The position numbers and the translations under genes are program-made. The notes under the pieces are model-generated. The model had not been told where the DNA came from, made no database searches, and saw only the letters and a program-made list of their open reading frames with translations. 64,000 bases of DNA from the human T2T-CHM13v2.0 reference genome, Homo sapiens, in assembly GCF_009914755.1 (NCBI RefSeq), contig NC_060933.1, one strand, 5' to 3'. Below are positions 29,218 through 51,300 of the stretch, piece by piece (positions within the stretch are counted from its first letter, which is position 1; every line of letters starts with the position of its first letter).

Positions 29218-29622
29218 TTAGGCTCTCCAACTCTCTCTCCTACTTCCTCTCTTGCCACAAAACAACATTCTCTGCTTCTTGGGGCACCGGTCAGGAAATG
29301 CTGGCTCCCCACTAAACTGTTCCAGACTTGGGGTAGGACTGCAGGTAGGGTATAAGAAATGGGGCAGGGCAAGGAAGCCAGGAAGAGTAAGGACAGGCAG
29401 GCAGGGGCCAGACAGGCGGGGCCGATTCTTTAAGAACAATTCAACAGATACCTGGGGCCCCTGCCCAGCTTAGAGCTGGAATGTGGCTCCTCAAAACCCC
29501 AAGGGTCCTGCCTTTTCTAGTCCCTCCCTTCCTCTCCTGAGAGTTGACCACTCTGGAGATTTGGGGGTTTTGCTTGCTTTTCTTATCCAAATAAATAGAG
29601 GGTTCTTTTTTGCCTGCCTTGA

Positions 29623-29835
<213 letters not shown>

Positions 29836-31459
29836 TAAGGTTGACATGCGTAGCTGAGGAGAGGCAAGGCTGGTCCAGGACCTCCAGTCCCCTTCAGGGA
29901 ATGGAGTGACAGTGAGAAAAGCCAGCGCGGCATCCATCCTGGACATCTTGGTAGAGCCCTCTCCCTGGACAGCCTGGCCAAATACAGGAGAGAAGGCGGC
30001 AGGCTCCCTGAGGAGAAGGAAGAGATAGTCAGTGGTGGAAAACTGGCAGAAACTTCTCCACCACTTCATCCGCGGAGATGATCCTCCGGACCCTGGCATT
30101 CACGTTGGTGGTTCCACCTACAGATGCCTGAGCCAAGCCCACGGGTTTCGACCCCAGCTCCACCCCTTCGGCCAAGCAGTCACTGGGCCTGGTGGACAAG
30201 GTCTACCCTGAGGGTTCTGGGAGTGAAGGGCTGGGCTGGGGAAGGTGGCTCTGGGCCCTCTGGATAGAGCAGGAGCAACCAAGTGGCTAGACAATGTGCC
30301 CAGGGCCGGGGCATGGGTTGGGGGGGTGCCTGAGCAGGAGAGCCAGAGGGCCAGGGAATAGTAGCTCTGGGGAGCTGTGTCTGGGAGCCACATCTGGGTG
30401 TGGGGGGACAGCTTTATAGGCCCAGCTCAGAAGGGTCCCACAGTGACCTAGGCCCTCTGGGATCTGGGATGGAGTGGGACTGCCTCAAAGCTGTCATTGT
30501 CGCTCCCTCACCCGCCTGACTGTCTGGGACTTAAAATAGCAGGAGCACAGCGGATCTCCTGAGAAGTTTCTGGCAAAGAGGTTTAGGGGGGGAGGGTGTG
30601 AGTCGCCGCTGGGAACTCTTGAGTTTGAAGCTCCCAAAGCCCAGCTGCTCCACCCCTGCCCCCAGGGAGCCTAGAATCCATGGGCGGGGCAGGTGGGGGG
30701 TCCTCTGTTCCCTCCCTGTCCTGCTGTGGGAGTGGGGAGACTGGGTCCTGCCCCAGCTCTGCCATGGAAGCACCAGCTAGATGGCTGGGCCAAGTCCTGC
30801 CCCCTTCGGACCTCAGTTTCCCAGATGTACCAGGAGTTGCGGACCTCAACATCTGCTGAGAGGTCCCTGGAGTTCATGGCAGGTGGTCCCAGTACAGACA
30901 CCCAGAGTCAGACAGCCATGGGCTGAAATCCCAGTTCCACTCCTACTGGCTGAGTGGCTCTGAGCAAGTCCTCCCAGCTCTCCGGGTGAGTTTCTTCACC
31001 TGTAAATTAACAATGAAACCAAGTCCTGCTCGTTCCAAGCTTCAGATTGCGCTATCCGGTAAGGATCCTGGCAGCTCCTGGGCAACTGCCCCCCAGCCCC
31101 AGCCTCCACCCCATCCTCAGATGGCACATTTTGTGCTGCCAGGAATGTTAACAGCAACGTGACCCCACTTTTAATGCCATGTACTTTACACACACTACCT
31201 CTGGCTTCCACGCCCTGGAGGACAGAGCTGGCTACTGTCCCCAGCGCTCTCCTGGGACATCCTCAACCTCAGTACTGGCCACTCCTGGACGGAAGGGGTA
31301 TTGGCTCCTGAGGGGGCCCTCTTGGGCATCTACCGTGTGCCAGGCCCTGTGCTTGGCTCACCCCTGGAGTCCTGTGGGGCAGGGCTGATGCTCCCGGTTG
31401 TGCAGATGGGGAGACAGGCTCGTTGCTCCCCTGTATCAAAGAGGTGCAGGGACCCCTTG

Positions 31460-31930
31460 CAGTTCGCAGTCCGCAGGGCGCGGGGCCGGGCTCTGGGCCG
31501 CGCGGTGCGTGTGGCTGGCGCGCCCTCTAGTGGCCGCTCTGCCTGCCGTGTTGCCCCGCGCGAGAGCTGCCCTAGGGTGGACGCGCAGCCGCTGGCGCGG
31601 GAAGTCCCTTCTCCCAGCCCGCCGCGGTCCCGCCTGCTGCGGCTCCACCTCCGCCGAACTGCAAGCGGTCTGGCCTGCCTGTCAGTCCTCGTGGCTTCGC
31701 AGGGACCCCACCATGGCCGCACGCCCCGCCCCGATTGCCATGGAGACCGCCTGTACACAGTTTCCTCTTTCCTCTGCCCAGTCCTGGGGTCCCGCGGCCG
31801 CCTAGGAGGGAGCCCGCCGGGGCGGGGCGGGGCCGGGTGCCCATGAACAGCGGGGTCCCGGCCACGCTGGCCGTGCGGAGAGTGAAATTCTTCGGCCAGC
31901 ACGGCGGGGAGGTGAGGTCCAGCGGGCTCT
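31460..31930. promoter_or_regulatory. CpG island / WDR38 promoter with GC boxes, CTCF motif and X-box-like motif
   Basis: Dense CpG. GGGGCGGGGCGGGG at 31819-31832; GCGCCCTCTAGTGGCC at 31520-31535; ATTGCCATGGAGAC at 31734-31747. Confidence 0.8.
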
Positions 31931-34900
31931 GCCCAGACTCCCGGCTTTGGATGCAGAGTGGTTCCTGGTTCTGTGTAGTGGGGGTTCCAGAATGTTCTCT
32001 GGGCAGTAGCTCAGGACATTGAGTCCGGAGTAGACTTTGCTAACCCAAGAAGGATCGAAGTAGGTTCTCAGCTCCAGTGCCGGGCCCCAGCTCCAGAGCA
32101 GCTCTAGGTTCTAAGCTCTGCCTGTAAAAAGAGCCCCGGGCTCTGGGCTCTGCCTCGAGAGGGGCACAAAGCTCCCTGCTGACTCTGGTGTTTTCTGGGG
32201 CCCTGGCTCTAAAGTGAACTCAGAACTTAGAGTAGATTCTGGACTCTCCGTTGTCAGCTGCGGCTCTGGAATGGGCTCTTAGCTCTGGGGTTCCAGGCTC
32301 TGGTTCCAGAGAAGGCTCTTGCCTCCAACTGCAGGCTCTGGCTTTACGGGACTCCAGAGAGGGCCCAGTGGGTCCCGGGTTCTGGGCTCTGGTGGTGGAG
32401 TGAGGCTTGAAGTCAAGCTCCAACCCCAGGCTCTTGGGGGGCAGTGTTTAGGGGTCAGAGATGAGCGGACAGGGGTTTCTTCCCCAGAATGGGACCGCTT
32501 TTGTGCTGTTTCTAGGTCAACTCTTCTGCCTTCTCCCCTGATGGCCAGATGCTGCTCACAGGCTCAGAGGATGGCTGCGTGTATGGCTGGGAGACCCGGA
32601 GTGGGCAGCTGCTGTGGAGGCTGGGTGGCCACACAGGTGGGGCTCCCACACCTGGCCGGGAAGACCGAGGCACAAGGGTCTGGCATGCTGCAGAGCTGAC
32701 TGCAGTGACCTCCGATGAGCTGGGCACGGGTGCAAGGCAGGGCTGGGCAGGTTGGGAGATGGGACGAGATATCTGGGTGCTGGGGCTTAGACTCTAACAG
32801 GCCTGGACTCAGCCTTCTTTAAAAAAACACACACACACACATACATACAAAAACAACTGTAATGTAACACAATAATACTTACTGTTGCATCCTTTTTTGT
32901 GTGTGACAGAGTCGCTCTCTGTCACCCAGGCTGGACAACCTCGGCTCACTGCAACCCCCGCCTCCTGGGTTCAAGCAATTCTCTGCCTCAGCCTCTCGAG
33001 TAGCTGGAGTTATAGACACCTGCTACCACACCCAGCTAATTTTTTTGTATCTTTAGTAGAGACGGGGTTTCACCATCTTGGCCAGGCTGGTCTTGAACTC
33101 CTGACCTCGTGATCCACCCACCTCGGCCTCCCAAAGTGCTGGGATTAAAGGCGTGAGCCACTGCACTGGCTTTGTTGTGTCCATTTTTAAGTGTACAGTT
33201 CAGAGAATCCAGTACCTTCACATTGTCGTGACACCAATCTCCAGAGCTCTTCCTCTTGCAAAACTGAACCTCTGTCCCCACTAAACAAGTCCCCAGTCTC
33301 CCTCCTCCCAGCCCCTGACAACCACTGTTTTTCTTTTTGTCTCGATGAATCTGACCTCTCTGGGTGCCTCTAAGTGGAGTCACACAGTATTTGTCTTTTT
33401 GTGACTGGCTTATTTCACTTAGCATGATGTACTTAAGGTTCAGCCATGTCGTGCTTACCACTGTTTTGACTGTGATCTTGGTCAAGTCCTGTCACCTCGC
33501 TGAGCCATTTCCACTGGCACGATGCAAGCAAAGTACCTAGCACACAGTAAGGACTCAATAGATATAACTATTGTAATTATTATTCAGGAGACAAGAAAAA
33601 ATATCAGGCAATTACAGGCAGTCTGGTTAATGCTGCAAGGAGGGAAAATCAGGGGCTGGAGCTCAAAGGAGGCAGTGAACCTAGGCAGCGGTTGTTAGGG
33701 CAAGTTTCTGGGAGGTCCCTACTTTGACTTGGGGATTGATTTTTCAGATGAGCACTGAGGTTGGGTGCTCCAAGGCTGACAGCCCAGCCCAGGCCAAGGC
33801 ATGGAAATCCAGGCATTTCTGGGAAGCTGGAGTTTGGGTGAGGGGAGGCTGGCGACGAGGCTGGAGAAATTAGCAAGGATTGGACTGCGTGGGCAGAAGT
33901 GGCGGGCAGTGCTCTGTCCCCTGACTGTGGCCACCCGCCCAGGCCCCGTGAAGTTCTGCCGCTTCTCCCCTGATGGCCACCTCTTCGCCAGCGCCTCCTG
34001 TGACTGCACTGTCCGCCTGTGGGATGTGGCAAGAGCGAAGTGTCTGCGGGTCCTGAAGGGTGAGTGAGCTGGGAGCCAAGCAGCCAGGCCAGCGTTCCCT
34101 TTCAGATGGTGCTGTGTCCTGTGTCACGTCACCTTTCCACCTTCCCCGACCCCGGGCTGGTGCCTGCAGGTCACCAACGGAGTGTGGAGACGGTCAGCTT
34201 CAGCCCTGACTCGAGACAGCTGGCATCAGGTGGCTGGGACAAGCGGGTGATGCTCTGGGATGTGCAGGTACGTTGAGGGGCTGGGGCCACCAGTCTGGGA
34301 TTCAAGGACCAGTTCCAGAGAGGATGTCACCAGTCTTGCCCTCCCAGCTCAAACCCTCCACTGGTTCCCATGGCCCATGCCCACAGCAGGCAACCAAGGC
34401 TGCCCCCACCTGGCCACAGCCGCCTCTCCAGGCTTCCTTGCACACAGCAGCCCTCAGGCTTTTTGCACGAGGTCCCCCTTTCCTGGACTGTCAAGGCCAG
34501 GTAGCCGGCTGCCCTCTGCTGCCTTCTGCAGCTCAGGGCTCTCTCTAGTCCGGCCAGATGCTGCGCCTCTTAGTTGGGCACCGTGACTCCATCCAGAGCA
34601 GCGACTTCTCACCCACGGTGAACTGCCTGGTGAGCCTACCCTCTGCCCTGGGCCCCACCTCAGTGGCCCCATACCCACTTGGAGCTGAGTGGTGGGAAGG
34701 GGATGGACTCTGGGTCCCGCCTAGATGCAGAGTGGGTGGAGAGCTGGCTGGGCCAGACTCACAGAAGCTGCCTGCAGGCCACCGGCTCCTGGGACTCCAC
34801 CGTACGCATCTGGGACCTGCGGATGGTGACCCCAGCAGTCTCCCACCAGGCGCTAGAGGGACACAGTGGCAACATCAGCTGCCTGTGCTATTCAGCATCC

Positions 34901-35940
34901 GGCCTCCTGGTAAGTGGGGTGTCCTGGGTTCCAGGCTGGTCCCTTGCTGGCAGCCAGGCCCTTAAGGGTCCCAGGCCACTTAGGGGCCCAGTGAGCTCAC
35001 AGGCCCCAAACCCTGGGGATCAGAGCTGTCTGCTGTCCAGGCATCCGGCTCCTGGGACAAGACCATCCACATCTGGAAGCCCACAACCAGCAGCCTGCTT
35101 ATCCAACTGAAGGGCCATGTCACCTGGGTGAAGAGCATAGCCTTCTCTCCCGACGAGCTGTGGCTGGCCAGCGCCGGCTATTCCCGCATGGTAACCACCC
35201 CGGGCCCATCCTGCTCCTACCTACCCATCCTCACCCCACCAGGAGCCCTCAGCACTCACTCCAGAAATGCCCACATCCCCACTTGCCCTAGCTAGGAGGG
35301 GGCAAGGGCAGGACCTGGGTGCCAGCCTCTCTTCCTAATGGCCAGCACCAAGGTTAGGGCTGGCCCATTGGTAGTTGCATTGACATTTCCATGACCCAAA
35401 TGGCATCAGGCAAAAGGGAACTCCTGCTCTGAAATTTCAAATACAGCCTCCAAACAAAACCTACACCAAGAGGTTCAGATGTTTTTTGGGCCGGGGGCGG
35501 TGGCTCACACCTGTAATCCCAGCACTTTGGGAGGTGGAGGTAGGTGAATCACCTGAGGTCAGGAGTTCAGGCGAAGACTCATCTCATATTTTGTCTGGGA
35601 CTTTCCTGGAGGTGGCTTCAGATGCCACAGTGGCCTGGTGAGGCTTCCTGACATGCCCCCCCTCCTTTTCCAGGTCAAAGTCTGGGACTGCAACACAGGA
35701 AAGTGCCTTGAGACCCTGAAGGTAAGGCACGGCGCTGTGGCACTGAGGAAGCTGTGGACAGCTTCTCCCAAGGCAGGACTTGCCTCGAGCCCCACCTTCT
35801 ACTCTTAGCAGGGAGTCCTGGATGTGGCCCACACCTGTGCCTTCACCCCAGATGGGAAAATCTTAGTGTCTGGAGCTGCCGATCAGACTAGACGTCAAAT
35901 ATCCCGCACGTCCAAATCACCCAGGGACCCTCAAACCTAA
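31843..35940 (+). CDS. WDR38: WD repeat-containing protein 38, 314 aa; join(31843..31911,32516..32636,33943..34059,34170..34267,34549..34629,34778..34909,35041..35190,35674..35721,35812..35940)
   Basis: All 8 introns are GT-AG with consistent phases. Spliced product [33 protein letters not shown]...[15 protein letters not shown]...WD...SKSPRDPQT* has repeated GH...WD WD40 motifs and matches WDR38 as I recall it; synteny with RPL35. Confidence 0.96.
32900..33450 (-). mobile_element. Alu plus L1MB fragment in WDR38 intron 2
   Basis: Alu at about 32900-33170; ACAGTATTTGTCTTTTTGTGACTGGCTTATTTCACTTAGCAT L1 3' motif. Confidence 0.75.
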
Positions 35941-36208
35941 CACCAACCACCTCAGATGGTGCCGACCTCACCCGCTCCCCTCAGTGGCGCACAGGCATGC
36001 CGCTTCTCCCCACAGACGCAAAGTGACTGTGCTGGCATCCAGCAGATCCCCATGGCCAGGACTCTCCAGGCCCCACCAGAGCAGACAACTGTGGTGGGCA
36101 GGACGCTTGCTGGAACCCATCAGACACCTGGTCCCCAAAACCAGACCCACCCACCTCCACCCAATCAGTGGGAGTGCCAGGAAACAAAGCAGTCTCAGCC
36201 AGCTGTGC

Positions 36209-36214
36209 TTTATT
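36209..36214 (-). terminator. RPL35: RPL35 polyadenylation signal AATAAA
   Basis: TTTATT on +, 13 nt past the stop codon. Confidence 0.9.
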
Positions 36215-36227
36215 GACAATGCGCCCC

Positions 36228-40750
<4,523 letters not shown>

Positions 40751-40813
40751 TATAATCCAACTCCATAAAGGTTCTGGGGAGGCAGTATATGGAACTGCAA
40801 AGAGCATTTACAC

Positions 40814-46397
<5,584 letters not shown>

Positions 46398-46949
46398 AGA
46401 GACTTCTTCACCACTAGTTTCCCACTATGGGAGTCTGTATCCTTACCACCGAAGATAAGGTTGCATCATAGTCTGGCAATATTTTTTTTATCTTTAGACA
46501 CAGTTCAATGAGAGGTATTCGAAGCAGCAAAAATGAATCACATTCCAACTACTGACTTTTATTAAAAAGAGTACTATTAGATGAAAATAGTTTTCACACT
46601 ATTATATAAAAAGACCCATTTTACTTACCCTAAGGCTAAGATCAATTAACAGAACCCCTGGGATAACAGCCCAGGCACCAAATCTGGCACCTCAGAGTCG
46701 TCCTTGACTTCCCTAAACCGCTTTCCCCCATCTCAGATTCTGAGAATTTGGTTTCTGTCAAGATGTGCCTCTCCAGCCAGGCCTCTCCTGCCAGGACGGT
46801 GGCCACAGGGCCATCTCCCTCTCCTGGCGCCCCCAACTGCCTGGCCAAGGTGACTGCTACACACGTGGGGTCGCAGAATCCCTCGAGTCACAACGTCTTC
46901 AACGTCTTGTCAGTCCCGTGATCGCACTAAACGTATTTAAAGCCCCCTA

Positions 46950-48300
46950 CTCCTTTAAGAGGGTCACCTCTGTGTACAGGCGGCCTCCTCGTACTAAGTG
47001 TGGTGGCGTTCAAGGCTCCGAGACACAGGCGCCTCCCGCGCCACTCCCCGGGCACAGGAACTCCTACTCATCCCTCAGTCATCAGCTCGAAGGTTTCTTC
47101 TCCAAGAAGCCTGCCCGGCACTCGAGAAGTAGAGCCGCGAGCCTTCTCCCGGGGGCCCAGCCTTCCCCAGTACCGGCAGGGATCACCCCGGGAGCACGCG
47201 CCCGGCCCCGCTGAGGCCAGGGGCTCCTCGGAGGCGCGGGAAAGCCGGGGAACCAGCGCAGTTACGGCACACACGAGGCGGGGCCTGCACAGATGCCGGG
47301 CGCCCGATCCTCAGTGACAAAATAGAGACTCCGTGGAAGGGACACTGAGGTGGGGGAGGCTGCGGTGATCCCATACCGCACTCCAGGTGCCAGGCTCCGC
47401 CCCGCCCCTGACGGCGCTTCCGGATCCGGCGGGTGCCGGAAGTGGGCGGGCGGCGGCGGCTGCGCGCGGAGGCGGTGGAGGAGGTGCTGGGAGCAGCCGG
47501 GCAGCCGCTTCCCGCCCCCGAGCAGGAGCCGGTGCGAGCGGAGCAGAGCCGAGGTCGGGCCGCGAGCGGAGCCGGCTGAGCGGGCGCCGAGCTCCCGCCA
47601 TGGCCCGGAACACGCTGTCCTCGCGCTTCCGCCGGGTGGACATCGACGAATTTGACGAGAACAAATTTGTGGACGAGCAGGAGGAGGCGGCGGCGGCGGC
47701 GGCGGAGCCAGGCCCGGACCCGAGCGAGGTGGACGGGCTCCTGCGGCAATATCCTTCCCTGACGCGGCGTCCGGGCCTGCGCGCGGCCTTCTCACCTTCC
47801 CACCTTCCCACCTTCTCGGGCCCTTTCGGGCGGGCCTCCCCTGTCTCCGACCCTTGGCCCCCTCAGGTCAGCCTCCAGCTCCCTGCCGACCCGGCTTCCC
47901 TGGGCCGTGCTCCCTTGAGTCCCAGTCTCCCTGGGTCCCTCGTCCCCAGCCCTGGCGCCTTCTTCTGCAGCGCCGTCCCGCAGGCCCCTGGACCCGGTGG
48001 ACGGGCTCCCTCGGCACCCCCGCAGGTCCCGCGCCCTCTTCCCTCCTTGCCTCCTCGTCCCCTCACGCTGTCCCTTCCTTGGGGCCCCAGCACTCCGTCC
48101 CTCCCTTGCAGGAAATCGGGCCTATGGCGGGGCTGGGTCGGCGGCAGGGCGGAGGTGAGCCGCATCTGAGTAACCGAGTGATCGGGGAGGCTGGGGCGCG
48201 GTCCTCCGGGGCCCGATTGCTGCATGGCGTGAAGATAGGTGGGTGGACGGCTGTGGGGAAGACAGAACCCAGGAGGGAGTGGAGGCGGCCGCCGTATTTC
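46950..48300. promoter_or_regulatory. CpG island / proximal ARPC5L promoter
   Basis: GC boxes at 47395-47408; inverted ETS pair CTTCCGG (47417-47423) and CCGGAAGTG (47436-47444), about 160-180 nt upstream of the ATG. Confidence 0.8.
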
Positions 48301-51300
48301 AGCCCTGGGGTCTGAGATTGTGTCTCTCTTCCCCCAGTCAGTCTAACCCTCCCGCTTAATGCTGAGAAAGGGGGACCCTGTGGTTCCCCTGGACACCTTG
48401 GTGGTCTCAGCCACGCTCAACAAGTGAGTCTTGGCTCCCCCCAGTACCCTTCTGGTGCAGGAAGCAGCGGAGAAAACTAGTAGTTCAGAGCTAAGAAAAA
48501 CCAGACACCTTGAAGCGAAGTGTGAAAGTGGAGCCCCACGCCTGGAAATGACTGTTCTTGTGGCCACAGAAAACAGCATTTAGAAAAGATTAAAAATAGA
48601 GGTGATTGTCACAGCCTTGCTTGGTCCTTTAGCAGTATGAGCGCAGGAAACTGACTTATTCTCACCGGAAGGATTTTTCTTTATTCAAATGGTGTTCCAG
48701 GAAGCCTGTCCCCTCCCCCCGCACGGGTGGGGGCAGGGTTGGAGGCCCATGCTGTACATAAATCAGGTTCTCGGTGTTGAACCAGTTGACTCAGCTTGGA
48801 AAGTGGGGCCTGCTGCTTTAGGGGGAGCCCGGCAGTGCTCCTGAGTGTGCCTTTAAACCGAAAACCTTCAGACTTGATTTGAACAGGAATGTGTTTTCCG
48901 AAGTGGAGATTCAAGCTTGTAATTCCTGCCCCATCAGGATCTCCCAATCCACCCTCCTTATGAAATGGGGTCAAGGGAAGGGTCCCCAGGAGGGAAGGTT
49001 GGTTGTAGTCTGGTGTAGGGCCTAGTTCATGGACAGTCAGTGCTGAAAGGGGCTCCAGGGTCAGGCCTTTGGCCCAGGACTCTCATTGAACAGATGAGAT
49101 CAAGCCTGTCAGCTGCTGCCTTGGTCTGGGTGCAGAACCTTGTTGAAGGTCATGTCTTGGGACTCCCCTGCCTGGTGACAGGTTCCTTGAGGCTGCTTAG
49201 AGGCCTGGGCTTAGCACATCCAGGGGATGGTCGTTTCTCCATTCATGGCAGCGTCAGAAGCGTCAGAAACCTTGTTACCATGGAGAGTGCTCCACTTGGG
49301 GTTGGGGAAAGGGAGGTTAACGGATAAAGGTAACTGAAACCCTGGCAAATACGGGGCCCAGGTGGAGGAGAATGGAACTGATATTTATTGAGTCTCTATC
49401 ATGTACCAAGAATCGGACTTATATTAGACCATTGAGGACAGGGGAGCAGGGAGAGGGATAGATGGATTGGGGTTGGGGAGGGCAGAGAGGGGCCCTGTCC
49501 TGGGGCTGTATAGGGAAGTGTGTGTGGCAGGAGATGACACAGATGGAGTAGAAGGAACCCGGCTGTGCATCTGCGCACACCCTGCACTACCATGCTCTGG
49601 CTCTGTGACCTCGGATAGGTCGCATACCCTTTCACAACTCAGCATCTTCTGTTACGTGGCGGACAGCCATGCTGGCTTCCTAGATTCCGTGGGAGCCTCA
49701 TGGGCTAACATCAGCATCACTGGGCACACAGCAAGTGTCCTGGACATGCAGCTCGGGTCTGCAGATAGAGCGGCAGCATGGGATTGTGGGAGGAGCTTGG
49801 GTGTGAGGGCCGTGTAGACAGCTTAGTTTTGTGACCTTGCGCAGGTAATTTCTGTTCTCTGAGCCTCAATTCCATTGCCTTTAAAATGAGATAATGATTA
49901 TTGTCACAAGGATTTTTGGAATGAGATGGCGTGTGAAAGCACCTGGCACAGGATCCGAGACCTTGTGGCGATTTAAAAGTATGAGTTCCTTTCCCCTTCA
50001 GTGAAGCAGCTTCTATACTTCTGGATCAGGGCTCTGTCCAGAGCAGTGGTTGTGAGCGATTTTGCACCCTTCCCCTCCACCCCCAGGAAACTGGAGACAT
50101 TTTGATGGTTACAGCTTGGGGATGCCACTGGAATCCAGTGGGCAGAGGCCTATGACACACAGCTAAGATCCCACGTCAGAGAATCCTGGGTCCACAGTGT
50201 CAGTTGTGCCGTGATTGAGGAAGATCTAGAGGAGATCAAGGGCTGGGCAGGATTCCCTCAGCACCACAGCCTGTTCTCTGAAAAGGCCTAAAGCCAGCCA
50301 AGTATGACAGCCGGCTTCACAAATGATAGGTGACTTCAGGGAGGTCCTCCCTGCGCCCCACATCTCCCAACTGCTGAAGGCCCTCACCCATCAATGGGCC
50401 GAGTGATTGCTGGACGCGTGGTGCTGAGTTAACGCCACAGCAGTAGCTTTTTGCCCCCGTGGACTAGTTTTATACCTGCCCTTCCCCATCCATCATTTGA
50501 ATGATGTCATTTGTTAGTTGTGCCAGGTTTACATGAAGAGCAAGTGAGCCTATGTTTTCTGTTCAGCCTATGGGATCCTGCTTATTGCTTTGGGGACACC
50601 ACATTAGAAAAGAGTTACAAGGGCTGGGCGCGGTGGCTCACACCTGTAATCCCAGCACTTTGGGGAGGCCGAGGCGGACAGATCACGAGGTCAGGAGATC
50701 GAGACCATCCTGGCTAACACAGTGAAACCCCGCCTCTACTAAAAATACAAAAAAAATTAGCTGGGCGTGCTGGCGGGCGCCTGTCGTCCCAGCTACTCAG
50801 GAGGCTGAGGCAGGAGAATGGCATGAACCTGGGAGGCGGAGCTTGCAGTGAGGCAATATTGCGCCACTGCACTCCAGCCTGGGCGACAGAGCGAGACTCC
50901 GTCTCAAAAAAAAAAAGGAGTTACAAAGTAGAGGTTATCAGTGGCTGATATCAGGCTGGCCTTGTTTGGATGGGGAAAAGGAACTCCAGAACTGAAAGAC
51001 AGAGGGACTGGACTGCCTCTTGAGTGTGGAAGGTGGATCAGAGCCAAGCAGGGAGCTGGGGAACCAGCGCTGGGAGTGGCTTGCCTGGTGGCGCAGACCC
51101 AGCTCACTCAAGATGGATCTCATACTGGGGAAGCCAGGAGATTCAGCTCTGCTCCGAAGGCCCTTCCTGTCTGCACGTGGGTATCACTGCATGAAGAGGA
51201 GTAGAGACCCGATTGGGCAGAAGCCATTCCTTGTTCTATTTTTGAAGCTTTTTGGCTGAAGCCAGTGTTTCATACGAGGAAATGAAAGTTGGCTGATGTA

